Source: an uncultured virus (IMG/VR IMGVR_UViG_3300035698_015449) (Duplodnaviria; Heunggongvirae; Uroviricota; Caudoviricetes). Taken from it: a stretch of DNA of 64,000 nucleotides. This document shows positions 39,302 through 49,337 of this stretch, piece after piece. Under the pieces are notes generated by a model. It made no database searches. It was not told the DNA's origin and saw nothing but the letters and a program-made list of their open reading frames with translations. Every line of letters begins with the position of its first letter. Positions within the stretch are counted from its first letter, which is position 1. The stretch is taken from the IMG/VR virus record IMGVR_UViG_3300035698_015449. One strand, given 5' to 3'. The position numbers and the translations under genes are program-made.

Positions 39302-39697
39302 ATGGCAACAAACATAGCAGCTATAGCAGCAGTAGGGGCAGGCTCGGCAGCAGCGGGTGCGGCTCTTAACTGGACTATTGTAATCGCAGTCATAACGGTT
39401 TGCTTAACTGCTATGGGAACGCTCATCAAACTTTATGGGCCAAAAAGTAAAATTAGTGATGAAAACCTTCGTGGATCTCCATATATGAAACAACTAGAGG
39501 CAGACGCTAAAGAAAGAGCAGCCAAATTATCTAGCATGAAAGAGCTTGTCACCGATCAACATACTGAAGTTGAAAAATTGAAGATTGAGACGAAGAATAG
39601 CACAAAAACTCTCGCAGAGCTTAAACAGGACAACAGAGATCTCGTTCAAAGATTAGATGACCTGTTGAAGCAATTCATGGAGTACATGGAAGGCTAA
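39302..39697 (+). CDS. Single-TM coiled-coil protein (holin-like)
   Basis: Hydrophobic WTIVIAVITVCLTAMG followed by heptad repeats. Confidence 0.55.
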   Translation: MATNIAAIAAVGAGSAAAGAALNWTIVIAVITVCLTAMGTLIKLYGPKSKISDENLRGSPYMKQLEADAKERAAKLSSMKELVTDQHTEVEKLKIETKNSTKTLAELKQDNRDLVQRLDDLLKQFMEYMEG

Positions 39698-40296
39698 TCA
39701 AACTTTCCATTACCAATACAACATTTTTTGAACTTTTTCAAAGAACCGCATGGACATTTGTCGTTTCGACCAACCTTTGGCTCTGACCTTTCAACCTTCT
39801 TATTGCTATACTCTTTACCATAATCAGGCAAGACCTTACCATCAAGATGATCAAATTCGTGCTGTACGGCTATGGCTATCAAACTACTGTTTCTTGCATC
39901 TTCCTCAGGATTAAAGTAAAAATAGTCTTCCTCTTCCCTGTATTCACCCTTCTCTATCAGTCCCCGTTTCAATGTAAAATGTCTGTACCGTTTTGTGTTT
40001 AAATACATACTAGGATATGAAAGACATCCTTCTCCGTGGAATTCGAACTGATCATCAGACTCCACTACCTCAGGGTTAATGAAATGCTCGTATCTCTCTT
40101 TGGCTTTGCCATCGCCCTCTACAGCAATCACAAATATACGCTTTGGAATACCGATTTGAATAGCTGAGAGTCCGATCCCGTCAGAATGCTTTGATAGTGC
40201 CTCTTCTAGTTGAGCAATAATCTCAGGAGCCTCTTCGGGCGTTGCGGGTTCTGAAATTATCCTTAATGATTCTGAAAATGTGATTATATCAGCCAT
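39694..40296 (-). CDS. def: Peptide deformylase with C-terminal SEC-C motif
   Basis: GIGLSAIQIG, EGCLS, QHEFDHLDG; KVGRNDKCPCGSLKKFKKCC. Confidence 0.93.
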   Translation of the reverse strand: MADIITFSESLRIISEPATPEEAPEIIAQLEEALSKHSDGIGLSAIQIGIPKRIFVIAVEGDGKAKERYEHFINPEVVESDDQFEFHGEGCLSYPSMYLNTKRYRHFTLKRGLIEKGEYREEEDYFYFNPEEDARNSSLIAIAVQHEFDHLDGKVLPDYGKEYSNKKVERSEPKVGRNDKCPCGSLKKFKKCCIGNGKFD

Positions 40297-40304
40297 GTCT
40301 CTCC

Positions 40305-41030
40305 TTAAACATTCCTAAGCGAAACGTTGTCGCTGCTTTGTTCTGCGATCCTTTTCAACTCATCCAATTCTTCGTCAGTATAGGGATCTACAGTATAAGC
40401 CTCTTCTCCAAGCATACACTTTGCAGTCCTAAATGGCTGTAAGACCCATTTTTCCGTTTTGTTGACAACGAGTCCCATTTTGAACATCTCTTTTTTACCT
40501 ACAAGCGGCGGATACAGCGTTGTCCTCAACTCATAATCAAATTCTTCCTTCTGACTTTTCCACAGCCTCAATATATGCAGAGAATACAGAACTCTTATCA
40601 TCGGAGAAACCCCCTCATGAGAAGGAACAATCAAATCGTACTTATCCATACTTGTTTTTAGATCCATAGTTACGTAGTCTAAAAACGAGAGTACGCTCAT
40701 CAACGCCTCAGTGTCATATCCATTTGTAGACATTGCAACCTTACATCCCCATGACTTAAATTCAGATATAAGGTTGTATAGATCGTTATGATGGGCAAGA
40801 GTTGGCTCCCCTCCGCTTATGTTAATCCATCCACATTCATTCTCTTTAACGAACGTTTTTATTTCATCTAGATCAACCTCTTTCAACTCTGCGAATGATA
40901 GAACTAGCTTAGAGTTCATACAGTAATCGCACCTGAAATTGCAACCTCCTAAAAATACCGAAGGCGCAAAATTGTCAGGCCCCGCTTCACTAGATCCGTT
41001 CCATCCATAAATCTTAGGGTAAGTTACCAT
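40305..41030 (-). CDS. Radical SAM protein, anaerobic RNR/glycyl-radical activase-like
   Basis: GCNFRCDYCMN, ISGGEPT, STNG, YELRTT. Confidence 0.8.
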   Translation of the reverse strand: MVTYPKIYGWNGSSEAGPDNFAPSVFLGGCNFRCDYCMNSKLVLSFAELKEVDLDEIKTFVKENECGWINISGGEPTLAHHNDLYNLISEFKSWGCKVAMSTNGYDTEALMSVLSFLDYVTMDLKTSMDKYDLIVPSHEGVSPMIRVLYSLHILRLWKSQKEEFDYELRTTLYPPLVGKKEMFKMGLVVNKTEKWVLQPFRTAKCMLGEEAYTVDPYTDEELDELKRIAEQSSDNVSLRNV

Positions 41031-41790
41031 TACTTCCTCCTGATATAATTGTAGTTGACATAGTAGGAATTGATTCTCCAAAAAGTAACTCCGCTAAATT
41101 GTCCTCAAGCCCTTCATTTACTGAAATGCTCCATGATCCGATCCCGTTAGACGTAGCGGTTCCAATAGATACTCCAATGGGAACTTCTAACGCTTCAGCA
41201 ACACCATCGTTTGTCATAATAAATGGAACATTGTCTACAAGTTCTACCAAAGACTCATCCAAATACTTATAGAGACCCTTGTCCTCATAACTATCGTTCC
41301 AACTGCCACTCCTTTTTATGTAAAACGCCTTATCCTTCAACACCTTGGATTTAGTAAACGCATCGTACATCAATTCTCTATGACAGTTAGCGCCCTTAGA
41401 TGTATTCTCCCAACAACAAAGAATGTAAACATGATCAGGAGCCAAGTATTCGAACCATTCTATGATATCGTCTTTTCTCCCTTTTAACAGTTTTCTATAC
41501 TTTACAGTGTAATCTGACCATGCCCCGTCATCTTTATACTTCATCAGCATCTCATAGGTAGGACAGAAGAAATCGAGTCTTGGCAAAGAATATGCGTTTC
41601 TGTTTTGAGCCTTAATCAATGGCATCTTCTCTAAATTAGGATGAGCCAATGCTATTGAATGTACGGAATGGTTACGTGGATTCAATTGAACCTTGTAAAC
41701 AGAATCGTCTTGAGCGAACAGTAAATTGCCACGTTGTAACAATTTTTCTGCATCCCAGAAGTTTGTGAAAATTATTATAGGTTTATTCAT
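41014..41790 (-). CDS. DUF488-like protein
   Basis: P..EML...W..YTVKY, ILCCWE....CHR. Confidence 0.55.
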   Translation of the reverse strand: MNKPIIIFTNFWDAEKLLQRGNLLFAQDDSVYKVQLNPRNHSVHSIALAHPNLEKMPLIKAQNRNAYSLPRLDFFCPTYEMLMKYKDDGAWSDYTVKYRKLLKGRKDDIIEWFEYLAPDHVYILCCWENTSKGANCHRELMYDAFTKSKVLKDKAFYIKRSGSWNDSYEDKGLYKYLDESLVELVDNVPFIMTNDGVAEALEVPIGVSIGTATSNGIGSWSISVNEGLEDNLAELLFGESIPTMSTTIISGGSNGNLP

Positions 41791-42047
41791 GGTAATTCGT
41801 TAATTGCATCCAATATCTGTTTGTATGTGAAACCTTTTTTGCCATAGAATACTTTTTCACCAATTGAGCAGCCGGGAATGTCGTTAATCCCTAATGCTAT
41901 AGCTAAGTCTACAGCTTCGTCGGTATCGCTGTTTACCTCTTTTACAGTGCATTCTTTTCCAGATGCTTCAATTGCTGAGCGAATAAATGTCGCCATTCTA
42001 TTGCAATCTCTACAATCATCTGCATAAATGAAAGGTATCTCTATCAT
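41787..42047 (-). CDS. Thioredoxin/glutaredoxin-like protein
   Basis: CRDC motif, GINDIP. Confidence 0.7.
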   Translation of the reverse strand: MIEIPFIYADDCRDCNRMATFIRSAIEASGKECTVKEVNSDTDEAVDLAIALGINDIPGCSIGEKVFYGKKGFTYKQILDAINELP

Positions 42048-42346
42048 TATAGCTTTTTCCTTGCGTTTTTCAACTTCTTTCTGTAGAACTTTATCTCATC
42101 ATCGACTATCTCATCAACATCATATTCACATACCTGTACCATAAGGTCTTCAATGCGTTGTCTCATTTCCTCTTCAAAGACCTTTAAAGGCAATGCTCCG
42201 ACTATACCGAACTTATCTCCGATCTCAATGATTTGCTTAGCTGTAGGAAACCAAAATTTACTTGTCCAAAATTGTGAACGAATATACATCCTCATTTTTT
42301 CAACACGACCATCTTGTTCCACTGCGAATAGCTGTAATTGCATCAC
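42047..42346 (-). CDS. Hypothetical protein
   Basis: Coupled ORF. Confidence 0.5.
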   Translation of the reverse strand: MMQLQLFAVEQDGRVEKMRMYIRSQFWTSKFWFPTAKQIIEIGDKFGIVGALPLKVFEEEMRQRIEDLMVQVCEYDVDEIVDDEIKFYRKKLKNARKKL

Positions 42347-42615
42347 TTATTCCTTATCGTTTTCATATCAGGTAAATTTATAGGATAGTTTATTATTTTG
42401 TCAAATACACGCTTAGACATATCCCAATGCTCATGCATTTCGTCTCCTGAATTGTCACAATAAGTAATCCCGCTGACTCCAAAACGCTCGTAGTCTTCGT
42501 CGTATTGTCCCAAACGAGGAGAACTTAAATAATCACAATCAACGTTATGATCTTCTCCGCACATACTACAAGAGTCAAATACCTCTACTTTCCCATTAAC
42601 CCATTTGCTGTACAT
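42343..42615 (-). CDS. Hypothetical protein
   Basis: Coupled ORF. Confidence 0.5.
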   Translation of the reverse strand: MYSKWVNGKVEVFDSCSMCGEDHNVDCDYLSSPRLGQYDEDYERFGVSGITYCDNSGDEMHEHWDMSKRVFDKIINYPINLPDMKTIRNK

Positions 42616-42842
42616 TATTCCTTCGCTTGTTCTACGTCGATCTCTTTGCCCTGATAGATGTCATTCAGAATTTGTGCATACTTCTGCATCTCTTTGGTTA
42701 TTGAAGCTTCAGTCCTATTGCCAAATTTCGCTATTTCTCTTCTATGAACTTGGGTGCGTTGTTTTTCCCCATCTCTTTCAAGGATCATCAATACTGACTG
42801 AGCCTCTTCTATATACTCTGCTTTAACTAACGTAGCTTTCAT
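42615..42842 (-). CDS. Hypothetical protein
   Basis: Coupled ORF. Confidence 0.55.
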   Translation of the reverse strand: MKATLVKAEYIEEAQSVLMILERDGEKQRTQVHRREIAKFGNRTEASITKEMQKYAQILNDIYQGKEIDVEQAKE

Positions 42843-42860
42843 TGTAATACCTTTGTTATA

Positions 42861-44026
42861 TCAAATTCTTTTTGAATTGACATACTTAATTTCCCTTTTA
42901 CCCAATTTTCTTTGTATAAACAAAAAATTGGACTTCAATTCATTCTCTACATAATGCTTTTTAATGACTATTCCCCTTAAGTAATTATACCATCTTTTAA
43001 AGTTTTTTTGAAAACTAGTAACTTCAACATATGTATCACTATCCTCTAAGTAAAAATCAAACCTGTAATTACCTAATTTATTGTTTCCTTGACTATATCG
43101 ACCATCGTACTTGAAATCAATACCTTGTTCTTGATACTTTAAATAATAATATGCTTCCACTAACGATAAAAGCTTGGTTCCATCGACAAGAATAATTGAA
43201 TTAGAACACGAAGGACAATTATTGTACCCTCTAATTCTATCATATACCGTTGAATCCCATAAACAACCACACTTCTTACATTTCCATTGTATTTTGAACT
43301 TACTGCCATTAGTAATTTTGCTCAAATTAACATGAGGATTGTACGCATAATTAAACTCATCACAAATTTCTGGGTCTGTATTTTTGACAGAATTCTCAAT
43401 GGGAATGATACGTGGCGAATTGGGACATCTTGATCCATTTCTGAAACGACTACTAGGGGAAGATTCCCATGTAAATTTACAAATATTACATTTCCAATGC
43501 ACTTTACGATTACTCTGCTGGCATAGTTCTTTAGGATCTATTACGTTTTTTGTCTTATCCCAAATACCCATGAGGTCTTTATGATTTGCCACACAATTTG
43601 TATCGTTTGGACTAAGATTGCGTTGCCTAATTTTTTCGTTTTTACATTTCGGGCAACCGTGTCCAATGCTTCTATTTTTAATTTGAGCAAGCCATATATG
43701 ACCACACTTCTTACATTTCCATGAAACCCTCTTGGCACTTCCCGGGGTTAAATCAAAAATAGTAAGAGGTTGATTTAATTCAACAACCCATTCTTTTGAT
43801 AATTCTTCATTTAGAATCCCTATAGAACGACACTTTAGACATTTGCCTAGCCCTTGACACCTTTGATAGGTTCTAGCTTCCCATTTATTGCCGCATATAC
43901 TACAAATCCACCCCGGTTTTTATAATCGCTAGTTAATATTTCCTCTGGGATATAGGGATTGTTGTACTCATAATTCCACTCCTTTGATAACTTTATCGAA
44001 TATTCAGACAATTTTTTAACTTTCAT
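42861..44026 (-). pseudogene. Zn-ribbon-repeat endonuclease (DUF4379-like repeats plus PD-(D/E)XK-like domain), frameshifted at an A5 run (43917-43921)
   Basis: ATG 44026 with GGGAGG SD; four W.C..C...W...R....C units; YRFDFYL...YVEV; one extra A restores a single ORF of about 388 aa. Confidence 0.75.
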
Positions 44027-44045
44027 AAATAGCCTCCCGTGAAAT

Positions 44046-44846
44046 TCATTTAATTTCAGGTAATCTATTCTTAAAAGCGTTCTTTAATTCCTTTTTTAAA
44101 GTTATAATCTGATCTTCCATAGTTTCTCTATTGGCTGCAAGAATGAACGATGTTAGTTGAACTAGAAAATCCTCACCTAGAACCTTCAAAAGTAACCAAT
44201 CATGGAAAGTCCTGTAGTTCTCTTTCTGACGAACCTGTACATCACTAAAATCTCCAGTGGTTTTATCAAGACTATCAATTTGATCAAACAGACCTTGGAT
44301 AACCTCTGAAGTCAACTCATTTGTCTCATCTACCCTCTTGACGAACTTACACTGTTTGTTTAAAGGAAGATCTTCTCTCTTCAGACCATGCTCTTCATAA
44401 GCCTTGGCAAACTTCAGGACTCTTGCCTCATACTCTTCCTCGGGCCATAATCCATAAAGCCTACAGTTCAATGGACGGTCTTCGTAAATCGTGCATCGAT
44501 CCTTGCCATCTAGAAACATACAAGGCTTAACGAGGCTCTCTTTACCCCATTTGTTATATTCGCATCTAAAGAAGTATTCTAAACTCGTACAGATGATGTC
44601 TAGAATTTCTTCGTGTTCCTTATCATGCCAAACGGTTGTGGCGATCTGTACGAACTCGCTGTAATTGATTTGCGGCATTGCGACTTTGCAGCATTCACAG
44701 ACATGGTTACAAGTTGTTTCTAGGCTTACCGTATCATGATAGACACTTTGCAATACGCTCTTCAAATCTGTTCTTTTCTTTTGGGCATGAACCGCAGCCT
44801 TACGACTGTATTTGCGCTTCTTCTTCTTTTGTACTTTTTTGCTCAT
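44046..44846 (-). CDS. YkgJ-like Cys-cluster (Zn/Fe-chelating) protein
   Basis: CNHVCECC...PCMFLD...CTIYEDRPLNCRLY. Confidence 0.75.
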   Translation of the reverse strand: MSKKVQKKKKRKYSRKAAVHAQKKRTDLKSVLQSVYHDTVSLETTCNHVCECCKVAMPQINYSEFVQIATTVWHDKEHEEILDIICTSLEYFFRCEYNKWGKESLVKPCMFLDGKDRCTIYEDRPLNCRLYGLWPEEEYEARVLKFAKAYEEHGLKREDLPLNKQCKFVKRVDETNELTSEVIQGLFDQIDSLDKTTGDFSDVQVRQKENYRTFHDWLLLKVLGEDFLVQLTSFILAANRETMEDQIITLKKELKNAFKNRLPEIK

Positions 44847-44855
44847 TACTTCTCC

Positions 44856-47393
44856 TTATTCTATCCTTCTAATATCGCTCATGCCAAGAGACCCTGAACC
44901 CTTCTCAATGATGATTTTACTTTGCAATCGTTCTTGAATCTCAGGGTTATGGGTGATTATCATAATCCTACTAAACTTGTCCTGCAATTTGTCCAACATC
45001 TTAAATACTGATTCAGTGTTATTATTGTCCAATGGCCCAAAGATCTCGTCAAGACATATCATTTCAGGCTTTTGGGATGACCTTGAGAATGCAAGCAATG
45101 CAAGCCCAATGTCTACCGCCAACCTTACAAGCATTTTCTCTCCGCCACTCAACATCTCATACGTATCGGCTGAAGCTCCTGATATAACCATGTCAATCTT
45201 AGACTTGTTATTGACAAGCATCTGAACGCCAATCGTACCTCTACTCAAAACATCTAAAAACTCTTTCACATAGACATTCAAAAGAGGCAAATACTTTTTA
45301 ACGATCCTAGTTTGAATCCCGTCCAATCCATAAACACCTTCCAATAACAAATAGCGATTGAGTAATTTAACCTCTTCGTTATACTCAATCCTCTTGGACT
45401 CAATTGAAACTTTAAGCTGCTGATGGTGACTTATATCTCTATCTAAGAACCCTAACTTTGCGCTTGTATCTGTTTTGACCTTTGAGATCTTCCACGTCAG
45501 CCCTTTGAGTTCTTCGATTTTATCTTTTACCTCTAGTGCATCCCCAAGAGCCGCCTTATGATCTACAAGCAACTGTTCAATGCGCTTACCAATCTCTGCG
45601 AGTTCAATATCAAACTTAACTGAGATTTCAGTGGTCTTCTCTTTATATTCTACAACTTTCTTCTCAGATATCACTAACTGTTTTTTAAGATCTTCAATTT
45701 CAGTCTTCAAATAGGTCTGTGCGGAGACAAGTGCCGTCAAACGCTCTTGAACCGCTTTATTGGTCTTTATTTCGCCCTTGATCTTGGCTTCTGCAACCAC
45801 ATACTTCTCTATTTTGGCAAGTTTAGCCTTAACCACTTCGATCTCAGTATCTTTTACCTCTTTGAAAAGTCCCCAAGCAGAGATCTTGTCACTGAGATTG
45901 TCAACAGTCTTTTGATTTGATTTTATCTCGCTCAAAACATGAGACTTAGGGACTCTGCGCTTACATTTGTCGCAGGTAAAGTCTTCACCGTCCTGAACAT
46001 GCTCTATTTGGCTCTGTAATGCATCTATTTCGACTTTGGACTGCTTAACCTGAACCTCTAGGGCTATGCAAACTGAAACGCCTTCATCCTTCTTTAACGT
46101 CAATGCTCGCCAATCATCCTGAAGCTTCGGTTTTTCTGCTTTCGCTTGCTTTATTGTTGCAAGCCTTTTGCCGCACTTATCCTCTTCAAAAGCCTCAACC
46201 TTCTGCTTAACCAAATCTGCTTCACTAGTCGTATCTTTTAACCTAAGCTCTTTGATATCGATTTCAGAAACGATACGCTCTACTTCTGCAACAGCGGTTT
46301 TCTCAAGCTTATCCCAGTCAGCCAAACGTTGCTTCTTATCTGCCTCTTTATTTATCCGCTCTTGTCTAACTCGACTGCCTTCTTCTTTAATCCTGTCTAT
46401 CGTTGTCAGTTTGTCGCTTTTACCCAATAGATCTATTTCGTCTTGGGTCTCCTTCGTCTTCTTATCACAAAGGGCTATCTTGTCAGAACCTTTCTTCCGA
46501 AGAGCTAATAACTTTTCTACAAGGGCTTCAGGCATCGTTGATTCAAATGGTTTGACATCTTCTGCGTAATACTTAGCGTATGCTTTACAAAACATTTGCT
46601 CTAAGAAGTCTACATTAGTTCGAATGGCTTCAACCTTCTTGTCCTGATCGTTCTTCTTCTTTCTAAGCAACTCTAGACATCCAGAAACCACATTCTCTAA
46701 ATGAAGCAAACTGATAAGCATCTCTTTCTTTGTCTTGTCAGTTCCAGTCAGATATTTGCCTGCATCACTTTGTCCAAACATTTGACTATTGACAAAAACA
46801 TCGTAGTCCATCGTTATAACGTCTGAGATAGATTCTTTTGTATCTCCCGTTCTATGACTGCCTCGTTTGTCAATAGAAGACTTGCCAATACATTCAAACT
46901 CAACCATGGGATCGCTACTCTTCTGACTCTTAGTAAATGTACGACCTCTTTTGATTTTATATACTGATCCGTTGTCTTCCAAATACTCTTCTACATATGA
47001 CTCCCTCAAGCTCTTGGGGTATTTGCCGTTCAACTTAGTGACAACAGAAAGCCCTGCCTTCTCAACTTTTTTGTTGTTGGCAGTTTTACGAACGATCTTC
47101 TCATAATGTGCATAACAGATGCCTTCCATGATACTAGATTTTCCAACACCATTAGAAGAATCAGGATCTCCATCTACTAAACCGATGATTCCGATTTGCT
47201 TTTCTAACCCTCGTTTCTTGGCTCTATTGATATGCCCGACAGGATCAGCTACAACTTCAGCGTAGATCTGATCCATTGTAGCATCGCCATTAGCAAGACT
47301 CTTCTTCTGTTGATTGGTAAGGTCAAAGACAATGGTATTATCCTCTTCTCCAAACCTCAGAAAATTGTGAAACTTCATTGCGTATACTTGCAT
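44856..47393 (-). CDS. sbcC: SbcC/Rad50 SMC-like ATPase
   Basis: SNGVGKSS, coiled coil with CDKC hook, LSGGE, LDEIFGPLD, IITH. Confidence 0.9.
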   Translation of the reverse strand: MQVYAMKFHNFLRFGEEDNTIVFDLTNQQKKSLANGDATMDQIYAEVVADPVGHINRAKKRGLEKQIGIIGLVDGDPDSSNGVGKSSIMEGICYAHYEKIVRKTANNKKVEKAGLSVVTKLNGKYPKSLRESYVEEYLEDNGSVYKIKRGRTFTKSQKSSDPMVEFECIGKSSIDKRGSHRTGDTKESISDVITMDYDVFVNSQMFGQSDAGKYLTGTDKTKKEMLISLLHLENVVSGCLELLRKKKNDQDKKVEAIRTNVDFLEQMFCKAYAKYYAEDVKPFESTMPEALVEKLLALRKKGSDKIALCDKKTKETQDEIDLLGKSDKLTTIDRIKEEGSRVRQERINKEADKKQRLADWDKLEKTAVAEVERIVSEIDIKELRLKDTTSEADLVKQKVEAFEEDKCGKRLATIKQAKAEKPKLQDDWRALTLKKDEGVSVCIALEVQVKQSKVEIDALQSQIEHVQDGEDFTCDKCKRRVPKSHVLSEIKSNQKTVDNLSDKISAWGLFKEVKDTEIEVVKAKLAKIEKYVVAEAKIKGEIKTNKAVQERLTALVSAQTYLKTEIEDLKKQLVISEKKVVEYKEKTTEISVKFDIELAEIGKRIEQLLVDHKAALGDALEVKDKIEELKGLTWKISKVKTDTSAKLGFLDRDISHHQQLKVSIESKRIEYNEEVKLLNRYLLLEGVYGLDGIQTRIVKKYLPLLNVYVKEFLDVLSRGTIGVQMLVNNKSKIDMVISGASADTYEMLSGGEKMLVRLAVDIGLALLAFSRSSQKPEMICLDEIFGPLDNNNTESVFKMLDKLQDKFSRIMIITHNPEIQERLQSKIIIEKGSGSLGMSDIRRIE

Positions 47394-47395
47394 AA

Positions 47396-48670
47396 TTACC
47401 CTTCCATGGTTTCTTTGTAAATATCTCTTGCGATCTGCATAAGGATGGTCTGCTCTTCTTCGTCTGACTCTCGCTCCGCAATCATGTCATTAACAGCGTC
47501 CAAAACCAGCTCTTCATTGACATGCCCTTTCTCAATAATTTCTTGCTCTAATTGGTGGGCCTCTGCCTCATCCAATTCATCTGTAATTTTCTGTTGACTA
47601 TACATGTGTACAGGATCAACCTTATACTTAATCTTTTTGCGCATAGATTCCATATTGATTGAGAACTGTAACAATTCCTTACTTGATCCCACAAATGCTA
47701 TCTTTACAATCGCCCCTCGAACCCCTGTGGTTGGAAGATCGTCTATAGCCTTCATGATCTCGTTGGCATTTCCTCGGAATTCAATCATTGGGCGGCATTT
47801 GGGATAGAGAGCGAACTTAGCTTTACCCATTCGCTCGTTTGCCTTATGAGCGTCATCATAAACGATGTACCCTTTCTCTTGGTCGTATTCAGACATGTCA
47901 GTCCGCTCGATACTCCCTGTGTACATTGCAAAACTATCTTTGACAGACAAAATTTGATGCTGATGGTAATCGCCCAAGAATATGTACTTGGCATTTATCA
48001 TTTCAAGATCATTCAACCCTATGTCATTGGAACTAGCGTTGAGATAGCTTTTCTTTTTGGTCGTAACATTGACCGTCAAGAGATGCTCTTCAGCAACATC
48101 GGTGTATTGTTTAAGGATAGCACCTTTAACTCCGAAATGCCCAAAGAAGAAAATATCTTTGCCAATCAACTCGGGATCGGCTTCTATCGTTTTGTGGCTA
48201 CCCTCTACGAACTCGTAGAACTGCTCTTTCAAACCTATATCGCCTCGTTCAACTTTCAAAGAGTAAGGGAAGTACAAGAAAATCTTATCACCGACAACCT
48301 CCATCTTTGGCTCTTCAACAATATCTACGTTATCTAACTGCAACCCCTTAACAGGAGATAGAGCGTGATGCTTACGGCAAACGTCATGGTTCCCTACCAA
48401 AACTACAACCTCGATACCGGCATCTACCAAGCGTTTTAACTGACGATTGAAAAATGCCCTTACTTCGTTAGACGGATCATAGGTGTCATAAACATCACCC
48501 GCAATAACCATCATCTCGGGTTTGATCTTATCAATGTTCTGCGTTACGATAAATTGGAATGCCTTCATGAAGTCTACAGTACGGAAGGGTAACGTGGGGT
48601 ACTTCTTGTCGAGTACTCCTTTGTAGATGGCTTTATTTAGATGACAATCTGCGACTACTGATATCTTCAT
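47396..48670 (-). CDS. sbcD: SbcD/Mre11 nuclease
   Basis: ADCHL, AGDVYD, GNHD, LGDYH, YTGSIER. Confidence 0.9.
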   Translation of the reverse strand: MKISVVADCHLNKAIYKGVLDKKYPTLPFRTVDFMKAFQFIVTQNIDKIKPEMMVIAGDVYDTYDPSNEVRAFFNRQLKRLVDAGIEVVVLVGNHDVCRKHHALSPVKGLQLDNVDIVEEPKMEVVGDKIFLYFPYSLKVERGDIGLKEQFYEFVEGSHKTIEADPELIGKDIFFFGHFGVKGAILKQYTDVAEEHLLTVNVTTKKKSYLNASSNDIGLNDLEMINAKYIFLGDYHQHQILSVKDSFAMYTGSIERTDMSEYDQEKGYIVYDDAHKANERMGKAKFALYPKCRPMIEFRGNANEIMKAIDDLPTTGVRGAIVKIAFVGSSKELLQFSINMESMRKKIKYKVDPVHMYSQQKITDELDEAEAHQLEQEIIEKGHVNEELVLDAVNDMIAERESDEEEQTILMQIARDIYKETMEG

Positions 48671-49012
48671 TTAATCGTCCCATACAGGTTGTAGTTTCTG
48701 TTGTTTACATTTGTGGGATGTTGAAACCTTATTACATACAACGCATCTCCTTGTCCATATGTGATCTTCCGTTGCGGGTATTACTGACATATACTTCCCG
48801 CTGCATCCAGCGGTTGCTGTAATGTCATCGATTTCAATATGCTTCGCAGGTGTTTTTGTAACTTCGTGCGAAAGCTTACTCCAATGATGTTCACAGCTTT
48901 CTTGGATACTCTTAATTTGTTTACTCAACTCCCGTAAACGTTTTTGCTGAGTCAAAATCAAATATCTAATGGAGTTCTGCTCTTGGTATCTTGCTTGAAT
49001 ATGTTCGTTCAT
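48671..49012 (-). CDS. Hypothetical protein
   Basis: ORF with CEH...CVVC. Confidence 0.55.
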   Translation of the reverse strand: MNEHIQARYQEQNSIRYLILTQQKRLRELSKQIKSIQESCEHHWSKLSHEVTKTPAKHIEIDDITATAGCSGKYMSVIPATEDHIWTRRCVVCNKVSTSHKCKQQKLQPVWDD

Positions 49013-49222
49013 TTAATATTCCCATTTAGAATCTTTACGTGTTGTTATAGAATGAATCAAGTTTTCCATTTGATATACAAGGTCACCATAATAAAGGTTG
49101 AAATGACAATCTTCGCACATTCCATCGTACCAAGGATGTTGACATTGAAAGCATCCATCCCAATCTTTAACTAATTTAATCCATTCCTTTACAAAAGGAT
49201 GATTGTTTACTTTTTTCTTCAT
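49013..49222 (-). CDS. Small Cys-rich protein, probably leaderless
   Basis: ATG 6 nt after TGTATAAT. Confidence 0.5.
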   Translation of the reverse strand: MKKKVNNHPFVKEWIKLVKDWDGCFQCQHPWYDGMCEDCHFNLYYGDLVYQMENLIHSITTRKDSKWEY

Positions 49223-49235
49223 AGATGTATTATAC

Positions 49236-49271
49236 AAAAAAAAGAGGGAAAAGGAATGACCCTTTCCCCTC
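49236..49271 (-). terminator. Intrinsic terminator after spoVS
   Basis: GAGGGGAAAGG / CCTTTTCCCTC imperfect stem followed by a T-run on the minus strand. Confidence 0.65.
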
Positions 49272-49337
49272 AGAACTCTTATGGAATTGTTGACCTTTTG
49301 GGCTGTAATGCGGAGACATTTTCAGTTCCATAATAGT

